64,000 nucleotides of DNA from TPA_inf: Saccharomyces (Eukaryota). Position numbers and translations under genes: made by a program. Below, one piece after another: positions 11,950-24,700 of this stretch. Every line of letters starts with the position of its first letter. Position 1 is the first letter of the stretch. The stretch is from NCBI GenBank assembly GCA_000146045.2, contig BK006941.2, forward strand, positions 736,001 through 800,000, read 5' to 3'. The notes beneath the pieces were generated by a model, which searched no databases, was not told the origin of the DNA, and saw only the letters and a program-made list of their open reading frames with translations.

Positions 11950-14091
11950 TCAAATGTCCAAGTATTCCATGGTGTAAGTGGGTAAGGCTCGCTTCTGAGA
12001 AGTTCCGTTATCAAAGGTTGAGCTAGCAAACCCATGCTGAAAACCTTTCGTATCAATCAAATTCCACAATTCGGTATTTCTTTCAGCAATCTCAACTTGT
12101 TTGTCAATATATAAGGTTAAGTTCTCCAATAGAGCACCTTCTAATGAAAATAGCCCGATAGAATCTAGCACAAGGGACAAGAGTTGAAATAGCTGCGTGC
12201 TTTGGCTAGGGTTGAAGCATTCTGGTGAGCTGTCTTCACCACCGCTTGTTATGAACTCAATGAAATTTTGAACGTCTAATTTACTTAGTTTCTTCATTTC
12301 TTGTTTAATAGAGTCTCTGGTGAAATCCTGCAAAATCCTAAATGAGATATCAAGTAATAGTTCCCTGTTTCTGATAGAAAACAATTCTTCAAGTAGTTCA
12401 TTTAATGGCAAGTTTGGGCATGTTACAATTGCTTGTTTAAATAATCTAGGTTGGTCTCTTAGTAAGGATAGCAAGTTGCGTGTACGACTCAATGGAAACA
12501 ATGGGTGTGTCAATAAAAACGTTAAAGTTTTTGGATAATCATTTCCGCTAAACTTTCCGAAAATTAGATCTAAAACTTTATTCAAAAAGCCAGGATCAGA
12601 AATATATCTATCTTTTTCAGTATAATGTTCTTCTTTGATTTTTAGTTCTTTGAAAAATATGTCATCAAATGATGTAATGTCATTATCTTGAAGGGCTGAA
12701 AGCTTTTCAATAACTTCATTACAGTGGAGGACTGGAACGCTTGAATCCCCGCTGACGTCGTTACATTTCACTCTCTTGTCATTTATGTCTTTATCATCAA
12801 ATAGCGGCTTTAAAATAACTGAGCTATCATTATTTCCAACTTGAAAACTCTTGCCTAATGAGTCCTTCAACGTATTAGTTCCAACATCAATATTAATTAT
12901 TTCTAAGGAAGACGTTGGGTTTGGTCCATTTTTCGTTGAAATACCAATTGCTATTGTTTTTGAATTATGCGACTTTTCTGAATTGATCACTGCAGATTTT
13001 AATAGTTGGAATGTTTTCACGTGAGTTAATTCTCTTTGGCTTAAAGTAGAACAATGCAGTAAGTCTAGTAGATAAATGACGTTGTTTACGGTCAGTAGAA
13101 CTCTGTTTACTGAAACAGGTTGGAAAGAGATTAAGTCATCTCCAGGACTGAGTTTATCCACCATCGGAAATTCAATAACTTGTTGCAATTGGCAATGTGG
13201 TAAAGAGTAAATGTATATTTTCCCCTGGTTCAATTTGTAAAGTTTTCCAAATTGATAACAAAGCTTTGAATTTTCAAAAGAAAATCCTTCGATGATAGTA
13301 GATGATAATTCTTTTATGGGCGAACTTTCTCCACTGCCACAATCTGTTAGCTCGAGCAATTTATAGCAGACTTTATCATCCTGTAATGGACAGAGAACAA
13401 AAACATATTCAGTTCCATTTTCAGTGAACCATTTAGCATATTTTAAGTTATCATAAGATATATCAAATGAATGCAAAAGTGTTAACTTAAAATCAAAAAT
13501 TTCAATCAACCCGTTCTGTAAAATTGCAATTACTAAGCTGTTCTTGGTGTCAATTTTAATACTCATGACTTTGGCTTTCGCCTTGATCTTATACTGAGAT
13601 AAAAATTCGTCTGAACCCGTGTATGCTTTATTGTCAATATCACTCTCACTCAGATGGTCATTTGAGGTATCAGTGGTATCTTCCAGTGCCTTAGTGATAA
13701 CATTTAGCGTATAATTACCCTTATTTACCATTAAACCAAAGGCCCAAATTTCAACATTTCTTTTTTTTTGGGTGTTGATAGTCTTCTCGTTGTTGGCTTC
13801 ATCATCGGTACTGGCTTCTATATTTCCGTCAATGTTCGCTTGACCTTTCTCAGCATTGCATGCCGTGATAATATTTGTAGAGGGTATTGGGTAATCGAAT
13901 GTTAACTTTGGTGTAGGATTAATAATATATTGAGATATAGATGACCCGGAAATACCTAACGTTATGTTATTTGTAGATTCATTAAAGGTGCCATCTGCGA
14001 CTTGAACGTAATCTGCTTGTAAAGAAAAATTGCTCAATGAAGCAATTTTTGGGAGAGTTGCTAGTCTAAATGGTTGAGACAGGGATGGCAT
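11950..14091 (-). CDS. UTP8: SSU processome / t-UTP subcomplex protein, 713 aa
   Basis: 713 aa ORF in the position of YGR128C. Identity rests on synteny and length rather than a recognisable motif. Confidence 0.8.
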   Translation of the reverse strand: MPSLSQPFRLATLPKIASLSNFSLQADYVQVADGTFNESTNNITLGISGSSISQYIINPTPKLTFDYPIPSTNIITACNAEKGQANIDGNIEASTDDEANNEKTINTQKKRNVEIWAFGLMVNKGNYTLNVITKALEDTTDTSNDHLSESDIDNKAYTGSDEFLSQYKIKAKAKVMSIKIDTKNSLVIAILQNGLIEIFDFKLTLLHSFDISYDNLKYAKWFTENGTEYVFVLCPLQDDKVCYKLLELTDCGSGESSPIKELSSTIIEGFSFENSKLCYQFGKLYKLNQGKIYIYSLPHCQLQQVIEFPMVDKLSPGDDLISFQPVSVNRVLLTVNNVIYLLDLLHCSTLSQRELTHVKTFQLLKSAVINSEKSHNSKTIAIGISTKNGPNPTSSLEIINIDVGTNTLKDSLGKSFQVGNNDSSVILKPLFDDKDINDKRVKCNDVSGDSSVPVLHCNEVIEKLSALQDNDITSFDDIFFKELKIKEEHYTEKDRYISDPGFLNKVLDLIFGKFSGNDYPKTLTFLLTHPLFPLSRTRNLLSLLRDQPRLFKQAIVTCPNLPLNELLEELFSIRNRELLLDISFRILQDFTRDSIKQEMKKLSKLDVQNFIEFITSGGEDSSPECFNPSQSTQLFQLLSLVLDSIGLFSLEGALLENLTLYIDKQVEIAERNTELWNLIDTKGFQHGFASSTFDNGTSQKRALPTYTMEYLDI

Positions 14092-14399
14092 TTTGAATCT
14101 TTACTATCCTCCGGAATGATTTGCTGTTCAAGGAGCGCTAGGTGTGACATATAATATTACAAATTTAACAGTGACCTCATCTCATCAAAGTTTTCAAATT
14201 TTTCAGGCATCTGCTACAGCATAATGAAAAAATTTGAAAAATACAGACATTTCCGTGTAGAATGACAAAAAAGCTAGAATATTACTATATTTTCCTTAAA
14301 AGAGCAATATTTGCGATGAGGGGCTCTCAATGACAATGTTTGACTTCTCTATTGAACTGTAAGCGAAGCAAAACCATATCTTGTCAAAGTATTCGAAGA

Positions 14400-15047
14400 A
14401 TGGATTTTTACAAATTAGACGAGAAGCTGAAGGAGTTGAAAAGGAAAAGAGTAGATGTATCTATAAAGAGTAGGAAGTTGGCTGACAGAGAGATTCAGGA
14501 AGTAAGCGCAAATCGAAAACCAAGAGTATACAGTATGGAAGACGTAAATGATGCAGATGAATCAGTAGGAGATACAGAAAGTCCTGAAAAAGAGAAAGCA
14601 TTTCATTACACTGTCCAAGAATATGATGCGTGGGAACGTAGGCATCCTCAAGGGAAGACTGGGCAAAGCCAAAGAGGTGGAATTTCCTATGATCAACTTG
14701 CAAAATTGAGTTATGAGAAGACCTTGCGGAATCTCGCTACGCAAACACAGAATTCGAGCAAACAGGATAGTTCCGCCGATGAAGAAGACAATAAAAACGT
14801 ACCCAAGAAGGGTAGAATCGGCAAGGTACAGAAGGACACTAAGACGGGTAAGATAACAATTGCAGATGACGACAAGCTAGTTAATAAGTTGGCCGTTTCT
14901 TTGCAATCTGAGTCGAAAAAAAGATACGAAGCAAGAAAAAGACAAATGCAAAATGCAAAAACACTGTATGGGGTTGAAAGCTTCATTAATGACAAAAATA
15001 AACAATTCAATGAAAAATTGAGCAGGGAATCAAAAGGATCAGAATAA
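14400..15047 (+). CDS. SYF2: Pre-mRNA splicing factor (NTC-associated), 215 aa. The in-frame upstream ATG at 14340 would add 20 aa.
   Basis: [17 protein letters not shown]... lysine- and glutamate-rich protein. The 215 aa form matches annotated YGR129W. The longer ORF in the track starts at 14340. Confidence 0.8.
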
Positions 15048-15393
15048 GCTTCTCTTTTATTTAGAATATACCGATATAACCAAAGGAAAGTTTTAATACC
15101 CTGGATTTTTCATCGACCGTCACGTGACGAGCTGAGGTTAAATGCCCGCAAAAGTGCTTCAGAAGAGAGTCCATCTTACTCGGTTATTTGAGCACGAAAC
15201 ACTAGAGAATAACTAACTGGTTGATAAATTGTTGATTGAGTAAATATTGGTACATAAAACGGTTACAAAGAGAGGTAGATTAGGAAGGGTGAAAATAATC
15301 AAAGGATAACTTGATGATACTCGACAAAGAATAGAAGAGAAAAATAAAATAGAGGTGGGATATTCCTTGAACAAAAGTGGAATATTATTTTTT

Positions 15394-17296
15394 TTAGGCA
15401 TACATGACGTCTTCCTCAGTATGATATTCATACAAGGAATCGTCCTTTGGAAGGACGCTCGTATTCTTTTGTGAACGGTCATTTGGTATTTTGTGGTTTT
15501 CAGCCGCGTGTATACCTTCAGCTTGTTTGTGCTGCCTACTCAATATTTCTTGCTTCAAGGCCTCATCAGCGTTTTTCTGGCGAGTTTGTTCCTCGATAGC
15601 CTTTTCAGCTTGTAATCGCGTTCTTTCCCTCTTGACTGCCTCCAGTTCTTTCTCTTCGGTTGCCAGCTTATCCTGTAGTTCAGTCAATTGGTCATTATAG
15701 GTTTGCTTGACTTGAGTAATTTGCTGCTCATGATCTAATTGAGCCTGATGCGCTTGTTCCTCCAGCTCTTGGCGCTGTTTTTCCAATAAGTTCTCTTCTT
15801 TGCGTTTTCTTTCTTCAGCTTCTAGCTTCAACTGTTCTTCATGAGCGCGGCGCTCATCTTCGAGTCTTTTGGTAATTGCCGATAGTTGAGTTTTTTCATT
15901 GGCGTTTTCCTGCTTGATTATGGTCACTTCGTTCAATAAGCTTGATATTTGATTATCAATATCATTAATTTGTGGAAGATATTCCTTGTTCTCTACACTT
16001 TCCAAAACTTGTACATTTTTTTCATGCAGCTTCTTATTTTCTTCAGTTTGGGTAACCAAATCCTCCTTTTTCTTTTCCAGATTATCGATTTCGTTTTGAA
16101 CTTTGCCTTGTTTCAAATTAATCTGGTTAATCTTAAAGATCTGAGCATCCAACTGTTGAGATAAGTTACTTAAGTTCGTGGTCCAGTCATTGAACTCCTT
16201 TTGGACATTCGTTTTCTCATTGTTCAAATCATCGATTTCTGACTTAACGTTGGTTTGTTTGTCCAAGACCTCATTTTTCTCCTGCAACTTTTGGTTTTTC
16301 ATATTTTCAGTGTCTTTTAATATCATTAGTTTCTTATTATTATGCTCGGCATTAACATCAATGATTTTTTTGACCAACCGGTTTTTACTAACTTCAATTT
16401 TCTCAGAAGTTTCTTCTCTCATGGCCTTCATTGAATTTTCAATTTCGTCAATCTGATTTTGTAAATCTTGTAGCTTTTCTTTGTATTCTTTATTTTTAGC
16501 ATCATATTTATCCTTTTCCTTTGCTCGAAGATCAGCTAACCATGCTTGATGAATTTTTTCATCATAATTGATTTTATCATAAACTGCCTTTGATAGGTAA
16601 CCATGTTCTTTTGTCTTTACAATTAATTCAGGATTTTCTGGAGTGGCCACTGGATTGGATGGAGCGGCGGTCTTACTTTTTTGGGTAGATGAAGAAGTAG
16701 GGCTTTTCCATAAAGCGAAAATTCCGGTTCTTTCCTTTCGAGAAGGTTCCTGAAAAGGGACCTTGGGAGCCTTGCTTGGATCGATTGGGCTTTCATCTTC
16801 TTCGGATTCCGGTTCCGAGGTTTCTGGAGTAGACGTTCTCTCAGCAGATTCCTCTGCAGACGATTGTTCGGTTTCCTCTTCTGCATCCCCTTCCGCTTCC
16901 ACTTCCTTTTTTTCTTCCCCACTGGGAGGATTGACTTTTTTTACATCGGATTTTTCCTCCTTTTGTTCGTCTGTTGGCACGACACCTGACTTTGAACCGC
17001 CACTTTGATCTGTAGTGCGTGGTTCCAACACCCCATTCTCGGATGAGATTGGTTCCGCTACATTAATTTGAGCTGAATCAGCAGTGCCTTTGCCAATTGA
17101 AGTAGACTCACTCACTTTGTCTTCATGTTCTTCCTCCACGGAAGTTGCTTCATCAGCACTATTTTCGACAGCATTAGTAGTAGAAGTGCTGGTAGTAGAA
17201 GTACTGGTGGTAGTGGTTGTCGTAGTTGCAGTGTCAGCAGTTGCTTCAGTGGCCTCAGATGTGGTAGTAGAAGTAACGTCCCCTTCATCTGATGAA

Positions 17297-17334
<38 letters not shown>

Positions 17335-17844
17335 TGATGTAGAAGTGGACGAAGAAGTAGTAGTGTCAGTGTCATCTTTTTCATCCTTAGTTAAGTCAGT
17401 AATTTTCTGGCACTTCTTCAAATATTTCAAATGTTTCTCCTTTAGTTCCAACTCAGTTAGTAACTGATATTGTCTTTCTTCATTTTGAGTTAGGTAAGTT
17501 GGAAATCTAATATCTTTGGCTCTCTTAGCATTTTTTGGTATGTTTTTGTACCCTAAATCCTTAGGTTGCTGTTTTGAATAGGCAGAAGTAGCACTTACGG
17601 TAGGAAACTTTCTGTTTTTTGCGTCTTCCCCATATGCCCGGTTGTTTTGCCTATTGGCGAGGGCATCTTGTCTAAATGGCGAGACCCACTCTTCCTTACC
17701 TTTTGGCTCATTGGACACAACCTTTTGCAAAAACTGATAAGGGCTTTCCTGCTGATGCGCTTGCTGATTTTGCGTATTTGCCGAAGATTGATTGATCAAT
17801 TGCGTAAAGGGGTCGTCTTCTTGACGGTTGATATTGAATAGCAT
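15394..17844 (-). CDS. YGR130C: Eisosome-associated coiled-coil protein with a long Ser/Thr/acidic low-complexity region, 816 aa
   Basis: 816 aa with S/T tracts, SSSSSSSSSSSSSSSS, and an extended heptad-rich C-terminal half. Matches YGR130C. Confidence 0.85.
17293..17339. repeat. (GAC GAT)n trinucleotide repeat on the + strand. It encodes the 16-Ser run of YGR130C on the - strand, with adjacent imperfect GGTAGTAGAAGTRCTGGT repeats at 17180-17215.
   Basis: GATGAAGACGATGACGATGACGATGACGATGACGATGACGATGATGATG read directly from the sequence. Confidence 0.85.
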
Positions 17845-18725
17845 GTTTTGAATACGTAGTTGATTGACCTCTTTCTTTTAATTGCGTGCAGCTGCTCTCA
17901 GGTTTAAGATGTACGAGGGTCCACGGGGTAGCAAGCACAAGAACGATGATATATATGACAGAACGATGGATAAGAATGGTATGTTGTCTGCACTGTTCAG
18001 CATTCGACTACCCCTCTCCCGGTTCTTTTCTCCTCGTTTCAATTTAAAAAAGCAACTCGCTACCCGGCCGCACACCCCTTATTCCTGTTCAGCCGTTTAA
18101 GGTGAGAACCCTTTACTTCATAGCCTTTGTAGATCTTTCTATTGCTACCATTGAAGGGTCGGTGACGTGGAAATTTTGACATTTATCAGTGGCGTATTGG
18201 GAGGCAAGCAATTGAAAGAACTGTGATTTATTTCCGCTTGTTCGAAATTATTGATGTTTAGCACTTTGCAGTAGCGACAATACAATATATGTGCTTTTAG
18301 TGCTGGGATAGTTCGTAGCTCCATTTCGGGGCGCTTGTTACATTTATTGTATATGCGCGGATGTGGCACATGCTGTTGAGATCTCACTCCTTTGGTATCT
18401 CTTTCCTGCGCCGCATTGTGCCGGCAGAATGTCGCGCTTGTATTCTCATGAACTTTTCCTCTTTACGAACCCTTTGGCGGCATGCCGTTTAAAATCTGTT
18501 GAAGATTTCCTTTACGAACAATGAGCAATGTTTTGCACAGGCAGGTGGGAAGTAGGGCCTATCGCGCCTTGGATGCAGATATAAGTATAAATATAAATTA
18601 TAATAATTGGCTGTATCAGTAAATCCTTCTTGCGATGGGAGGAAGCACGATAGAGTATGTTAAGCTTTTGAGAGGCTTCATATTCATTGGAATTTTAAAT
18701 AACAATAAAGCAACAACAATAATAA

Positions 18726-19250
18726 ATGCTATCAGCTGCAGATAATTTAGTGCGCATCATAAATGCTGTTTTTCTTATTATATCCATAGGTCTAATCAGC
18801 GGCCTGATAGGTACACAGACAAAGCATAGTTCTCGAGTGAACTTTTGTATGTTTGCCGCCGTTTATGGTCTGGTTACGGATTCATTATATGGGTTTTTGG
18901 CTAATTTCTGGACATCATTAACATACCCAGCAATTTTGCTTGTTTTGGATTTTTTAAATTTCATATTTACGTTTGTAGCAGCCACCGCTTTGGCTGTAGG
19001 TATAAGATGCCATTCGTGTAAAAACAAAACATATCTGGAACAGAATAAGATCATACAAGGCTCAAGCTCCAGATGTCATCAATCTCAGGCTGCTGTTGCG
19101 TTTTTTTACTTTTCCTGTTTTCTATTCCTCATCAAAGTGACTGTGGCCACGATGGGTATGATGCAAAATGGTGGATTTGGCTCTAATACCGGATTCAGCA
19201 GAAGGAGGGCAAGAAGACAAATGGGCATACCTACAATTTCCCAGGTTTAA
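18726..19250 (+). CDS. FHN1: MARVEL-like four-TM membrane protein (Nce102 paralog), 174 aa
   Basis: Small hydrophobic ORF of 174 aa at the position of YGR131W. Confidence 0.8.
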   Translation: MLSAADNLVRIINAVFLIISIGLISGLIGTQTKHSSRVNFCMFAAVYGLVTDSLYGFLANFWTSLTYPAILLVLDFLNFIFTFVAATALAVGIRCHSCKNKTYLEQNKIIQGSSSRCHQSQAAVAFFYFSCFLFLIKVTVATMGMMQNGGFGSNTGFSRRRARRQMGIPTISQV

Positions 19251-19588
19251 GCCTACTGGACTGAAAAAAAGGCAATTCGCGTACAATTTTCGTTGATCGT
19301 TCTTTATATAACCTTTGCATTAAATAAATTTAACAAAAAAAGTTCTTTCTAAAATAATATTATGGTGATACATGAATGTGCTTTAGTTTTTTCGTAGGCT
19401 CATCCATGTATATATATAAATGATAAAAAACTAAGTTACGATATTGATAGCATACGTATTCGTGTTGGTAACTAAATGGAAAGATGGAATATGTTATTGG
19501 CGTTGTTATCCCCCATATATACAGGTTTCTAATATGATTAAAAAAAAATTTTCTCCCCTAGTTTATTGTGTTCATAGCTTTTCCAGAC

Positions 19589-20452
19589 TTAACGGCCAAT
19601 GTTCAAAAGCAAGGAATTTGGTGATCCCGAAGACTCGCTGTTACCACCACCAGAATGTTGACTTGGTAAATAGACAACGTTAGATGAGTTTGCTAATGTT
19701 TGAGCGATGTCCTTAGAAGCTTCTAATCTTCTAATCAATAACAGACCATCACCAACTTTAGCTAAGGCTTTTGAAATGAATTCAGCACTTTCTGCTTCAC
19801 CTTCAGCTCTGATAACAGAAGCTTGTCTCTCTTGCTCTGCCTTTTCGACAAGGAATTTGGCTCTTTCGGCATCTTGCTGTGCAATCTGCTTCTGCTCAAC
19901 TGCTTTCGTGAATTCGGGACCAAACGTCATATGAGTGATAGAGACATCTTCCAACTTAATACCGAATTCGTTGGCCCTCGTAGAAAGCTCTTTTCTGATT
20001 TTTTGAGAAATAATTTCTCTCTGAGTAATTAACTCAGCAGCATCAAATTGAGCTACTATAGACTTTAAAACCTCATTGCCGATAGATGGTAACACTCTTT
20101 CGTCGTAATCGAGACCCAAATTTTGGTATATTGCGGGTAGCTGTAAGACCTCTGGTCTATGTAAGACTCTCAAGGTCAATGACACCATTTGCAAATCCTT
20201 CGTACCAGTATTGGTAGCAATGCTCTTTGGTTTCGTCCTCACATCGTATATGATCGCCTTCTGTAGCCAAGGCACCAAGAAATGAGTGCCTTCACCCACA
20301 ACCTGTTGCTTTACACCATTGATTCTGTCGAAAATAACACCACGAGAACCACCCTTCACATCATACATGGAGTACTGAATCCCGCTAGCAATTATACCAA
20401 TGGGCAACGCCACCTTGGTGATGACATCGATAAGTTTGGCAGAATTAGACAT
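19589..20452 (-). CDS. PHB1: Prohibitin subunit 1 (SPFH/band-7 domain), 287 aa
   Basis: Recognisable prohibitin sequence: an SPFH core followed by a coiled-coil tail. 287 aa. Confidence 0.92.
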   Translation of the reverse strand: MSNSAKLIDVITKVALPIGIIASGIQYSMYDVKGGSRGVIFDRINGVKQQVVGEGTHFLVPWLQKAIIYDVRTKPKSIATNTGTKDLQMVSLTLRVLHRPEVLQLPAIYQNLGLDYDERVLPSIGNEVLKSIVAQFDAAELITQREIISQKIRKELSTRANEFGIKLEDVSITHMTFGPEFTKAVEQKQIAQQDAERAKFLVEKAEQERQASVIRAEGEAESAEFISKALAKVGDGLLLIRRLEASKDIAQTLANSSNVVYLPSQHSGGGNSESSGSPNSLLLNIGR

Positions 20453-20895
20453 TCTTTTCTAAAGTAAATTATTGATTTTGAATGTAAGTTTCGTACCGTT
20501 GATGGTTGGTTTACCGATTTATTTTTTTTCCTCTTCTTTCTGCTTAATATTATATACCTCAACCGTTGCATCCATGAGATCGTCAAACTCCCTTTCCCTG
20601 AAATTTATTGATGCGATACATTCGCGTTACCCGTATCATCATGAAGACGAGTTTATTCTCATCAGTGTTGATCTCTCATACTTGAATAACTCATTTGCAA
20701 TGGTCTAAGACTCCAACTATGTAGTCATAGTCATTCACTGAAGTTTCTCTTTTCGAAATCCTGAACGGAAGCGGAATATATGTGGTATATATCGCATATT
20801 ACTGCTTCACAGCATGCAGCGCAGACTGGCCGGGTTATGCTGCCACTTACTGGAGACAACATAAAATATACATAATCATCGCCTTTATACATAAT

Positions 20896-21447
20896 ATGCC
20901 AAACTTCTGGATTCTTGAGAATCGTAGGAGCTATACGTCTGATACATGTATGTCGAGGATCGTGAAGGAGTACAAAGTCATACTGAAAACATTGGCCAGT
21001 GATGACCCCATAGCGAACCCCTACCGGGGGATAATCGAGTCACTTAACCCGATTGACGAAACCGACTTGAGCAAGTGGGAAGCTATAATTTCTGGGCCGT
21101 CAGACACACCTTATGAAAATCATCAGTTTCGAATACTAATAGAAGTCCCTAGTTCCTACCCCATGAATCCACCAAAGATAAGTTTTATGCAGAACAATAT
21201 TTTGCACTGCAATGTTAAATCAGCCACAGGAGAAATATGTCTGAACATCCTTAAACCAGAGGAGTGGACTCCTGTATGGGATTTGTTACACTGTGTTCAT
21301 GCTGTTTGGAGACTCCTAAGGGAACCCGTTTGTGATTCTCCACTTGACGTAGACATTGGTAATATCATCCGCTGTGGCGATATGAGTGCCTATCAGGGGA
21401 TTGTAAAGTACTTCCTAGCAGAAAGAGAGCGGATCAACAACCATTGA
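20896..21447 (+). CDS. PEX4: Peroxisomal E2 ubiquitin-conjugating enzyme (Ubc10), 183 aa. The first in-frame ATG at 20782 would add 38 aa.
   Basis: UBC fold with catalytic-Cys context (ICLNIL). The 183 aa form from MPNFWILENRR matches YGR133W. Confidence 0.85.
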   Translation: MPNFWILENRRSYTSDTCMSRIVKEYKVILKTLASDDPIANPYRGIIESLNPIDETDLSKWEAIISGPSDTPYENHQFRILIEVPSSYPMNPPKISFMQNNILHCNVKSATGEICLNILKPEEWTPVWDLLHCVHAVWRLLREPVCDSPLDVDIGNIIRCGDMSAYQGIVKYFLAERERINNH

Positions 21448-21769
21448 TACCACGTAGGATGGATGTGTTCGAATGGCAAACAATGGGCCCTCACTTTTAT
21501 CTGATGCAATTTCTACCTTACCCGGGCAGCGCCAATTTATGAATACAAATACTTTAACAAATTGCACTATTGATGTATTGACACATTTGTATATACATAT
21601 ACATATATTAATAAGGAGCACGAATTTTTGACAAGTAGTGCACGCAATATCTACATTAGTTAGCTTTTCCATTGACGCTGAATTTTATTTTGGCAGCCCA
21701 GTAGATCGTTGAGGAGCTTTTTTCAAACACTTTTTCTCTCTTAACTCCACATACTTACGTAAGAAAGTG

Positions 21770-24700
21770 ATGACGAAAAAGAAAGCAGCTACTAATTATG
21801 CTGAAAGGCAAAATTTAGCCAGTGAAGATTCTTCAGGTGATTCGGTTCATTTTAAGGACTTTATTCCCTTACAAGAGTTACTGAAAGATAAAAATTATGT
21901 TCCATCGGTGGAAAATTTGGAGAAGATCTTATATAATGAAACCATGTTTAATGATCAGAAAATATGCTCTAACCTATTGCTTGAGGCTCTCATAATTACG
22001 TTGTTCACAACAATTTCAGGGAAGTCAGCTTTACGATTAATTCAGACTTCTTCTTTGAAGGAAAGAAAATCCTGGGCCCAGTCCTTTGAAAATAACAGTT
22101 CTAGCTATGCTTCCATAGTACTGAGTTGGAAAGATAATGATATATTACTCCTGAAATTCTTAAGGTTTTTATTAGCAAATAAAACGGCCCCTCTTCAAAT
22201 TAATCGGTACAATCTTCCAGAATACAAACTCCCGTTGAGCTTTTTAATTGTTTCAAAAATTACTATTCCGTCCATATTACTCAATGAAACGTATAATTTG
22301 TTAAAGGACTATTTGTATTCGATAACTGGCCGTATAGAGAGTTTGATAAGCTGCAGCTCCACATTTGATAAGCCAGCACTTGTCGTTAGAAAAATTTTAA
22401 AAGATTACAATAGAATGATAGAATGCCGAAATTTTTATTTCTGGTATTCCTTTAATGCTGAGAACAGAGTAAATCTTACTTTTAGTGATAACATTAGCCT
22501 GTTAATGGAAAATGATGAAGGCAATGCTGGAAGTGGCCTTGACGATAGCCGTTTTGATCATCAAAAACAACCGAGAGAGGCGATAATGGGCCGAACAATA
22601 AATGACCAGGAACAAATATATTCATTCGAACTGAACCAAGATGGAACGCTTGAAATACCCAACGTTATGGAGCATTCTTTACTAAGACACGAGCTTCTTT
22701 TTAAAATATTAAATCTCACTACGGTATTGACGCCATTATTGGAACTACAATTTTCTACGCTATGTGGCTTAGTAGATCCATTAATGCAGCCTACTCCCAA
22801 TGATAAGCATATTATATCGATAGACTTTCTTTTTCAGCTTTTTTTGGGATTAATGTCTCAGTCGATCAAGACTTCTCAAGAACACAACGACCATTATGAC
22901 TGGAAATTTTATATGTGTTTTAACATGCAAAAAATTATTGATGCTACCATGTTGAGGCTCAACTGCTTTGATTTTGATATATTAAACTCGGTAAACAATA
23001 CAGATAATGCAGTTCATTGGAAGACGCAACTTCACAGATGGCTACCGCATGGCCTGAATACACAAGACTTGGAATTACTCTATATGATTGATATACTGGC
23101 GGTATATACCATCTACAAGTTGTATGAAAAAATACCTATACAACTAAACCCATTTTTATTTTCATTAATATCCTTATGGAAAAACCTCTCCTGTGTTATA
23201 CTTTTAGCCTTAGAAATTGATAGAATTGAAGAGGAGAATGGCACTTACGAAACGCCGCTTATGGTTCGCGCCACAATTCGTGGAGCCGCAGCATTGAGGT
23301 CTGTAATAGCTACCGTTCTCAATGGATTAGTGAAAAATAATGATCATGATTTCAAGCACGAGTCTTTAAACACATTCATGTCGCCCTATGGAAGAAAATT
23401 GTGTCATGGTGCTTTATATGCCGATTTAAGGTCACATACTGCATCTCTACTTGCGCTTGGAGCAAGCATCGAAGATGTAACAGATTTATTTGCCGATTTA
23501 CAGTCAGGTGATAGATTTGATGAGGATATTAGATATATGTTTGATTATGAATGTGAAGATTATGATGAATCTTTCTCTGAAAGCGATCATGGAGGATTGG
23601 ATGAAAGCGTTGTTAACCCAACAGAAAAAATAGCATCTGGTAGTAATAATGTTTTCTTTCGGAGACGGTGCAATTGCATCTTCAATGATGATAAGTTGGT
23701 GGCAGAGGATGGTGCAAATGAAGCCTTTGGGTCAACAAATAGCGAAAACGTTGAAGGCGCAATGCATAATAATAGGAATGCGGTACATAACGCGACTACA
23801 GCCACTTCTGATCACGTCGTTACGTCACCTAACCCACTTTCCGTTAGATCAAGAAGTACTTTTGAATTTGACTATAGTGGGGAAGATTGGAGGGACGTTC
23901 CCAGAGATTTCAATATGTACTATTCGCCATCTTATTCATTCATCCATGAGCCTAAGTTAGATGTCATATTTAGTTTGACTCTACGTGGCGCAACAGAAAA
24001 GTTGAATAAGGAGGAATCCATATTGTTAGTGCGTTCAGTTGCATCGTGTGTAAGGAACGAGCAGGACCAAATGATTTTAGCAGACCTGGAGTCTAATTTT
24101 TCCGCAAGTATAAACGGCGATGTAGAAGGTGAAGGAAATACCAAAATGTCCAAGATAGATAATGAAGATCTCAGAAGAACCACGCCGGATGATATTTATG
24201 AAATATGGTCTGAAGAATCAGCATTTGAAAGGATGCTAAACGTGAATCACGACGTTGCGTGGAGATTAATGGATGAAATGTTAATGTGCACCGGTTATAG
24301 GAGAATATTGATATGGTTCCTTACGCATTTGGAGTTAAAACATTCGTTGATATATTACGTTTTTGAACTAATAATGGGGTTACGTGGAAAACCGTTTTCC
24401 GGAGAAGCCAGTGATCAAGATAAAAAGGATGATATGATATATGAGATCTTGAAGAAAAAGCAGAAGAATGAAGATGCTTCAGGACTTCCCTTTTCAAGGC
24501 AAGGACCTATCGTATTATCTGATATTGAGACTAAAATGTTACTGCAGGAGTTTTTTATGAATGCTGCTATTTTTTTGTCATCAAAAAATAACGAAGAAGA
24601 GAATGAAGACGGCGAGAAAATCTCCTTGTACTCCCTTGGTTTGGTTAGGTTGATCTGTTACATGGTGCAGACACTCATCGCGAACGACAAGTTTTTTTTT

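Noticed and set aside
16623-17467. Several 80-130 aa ORFs (16623-16922 -, 16763-17008 +, 17084-17467 +, 17112-17384 -) inside YGR130C
   Set aside because: All overlap the repetitive low-complexity S/T/D/E-coding region in alternative frames or strands. Their products are homopolymeric (poly-V, poly-D, HR repeats).
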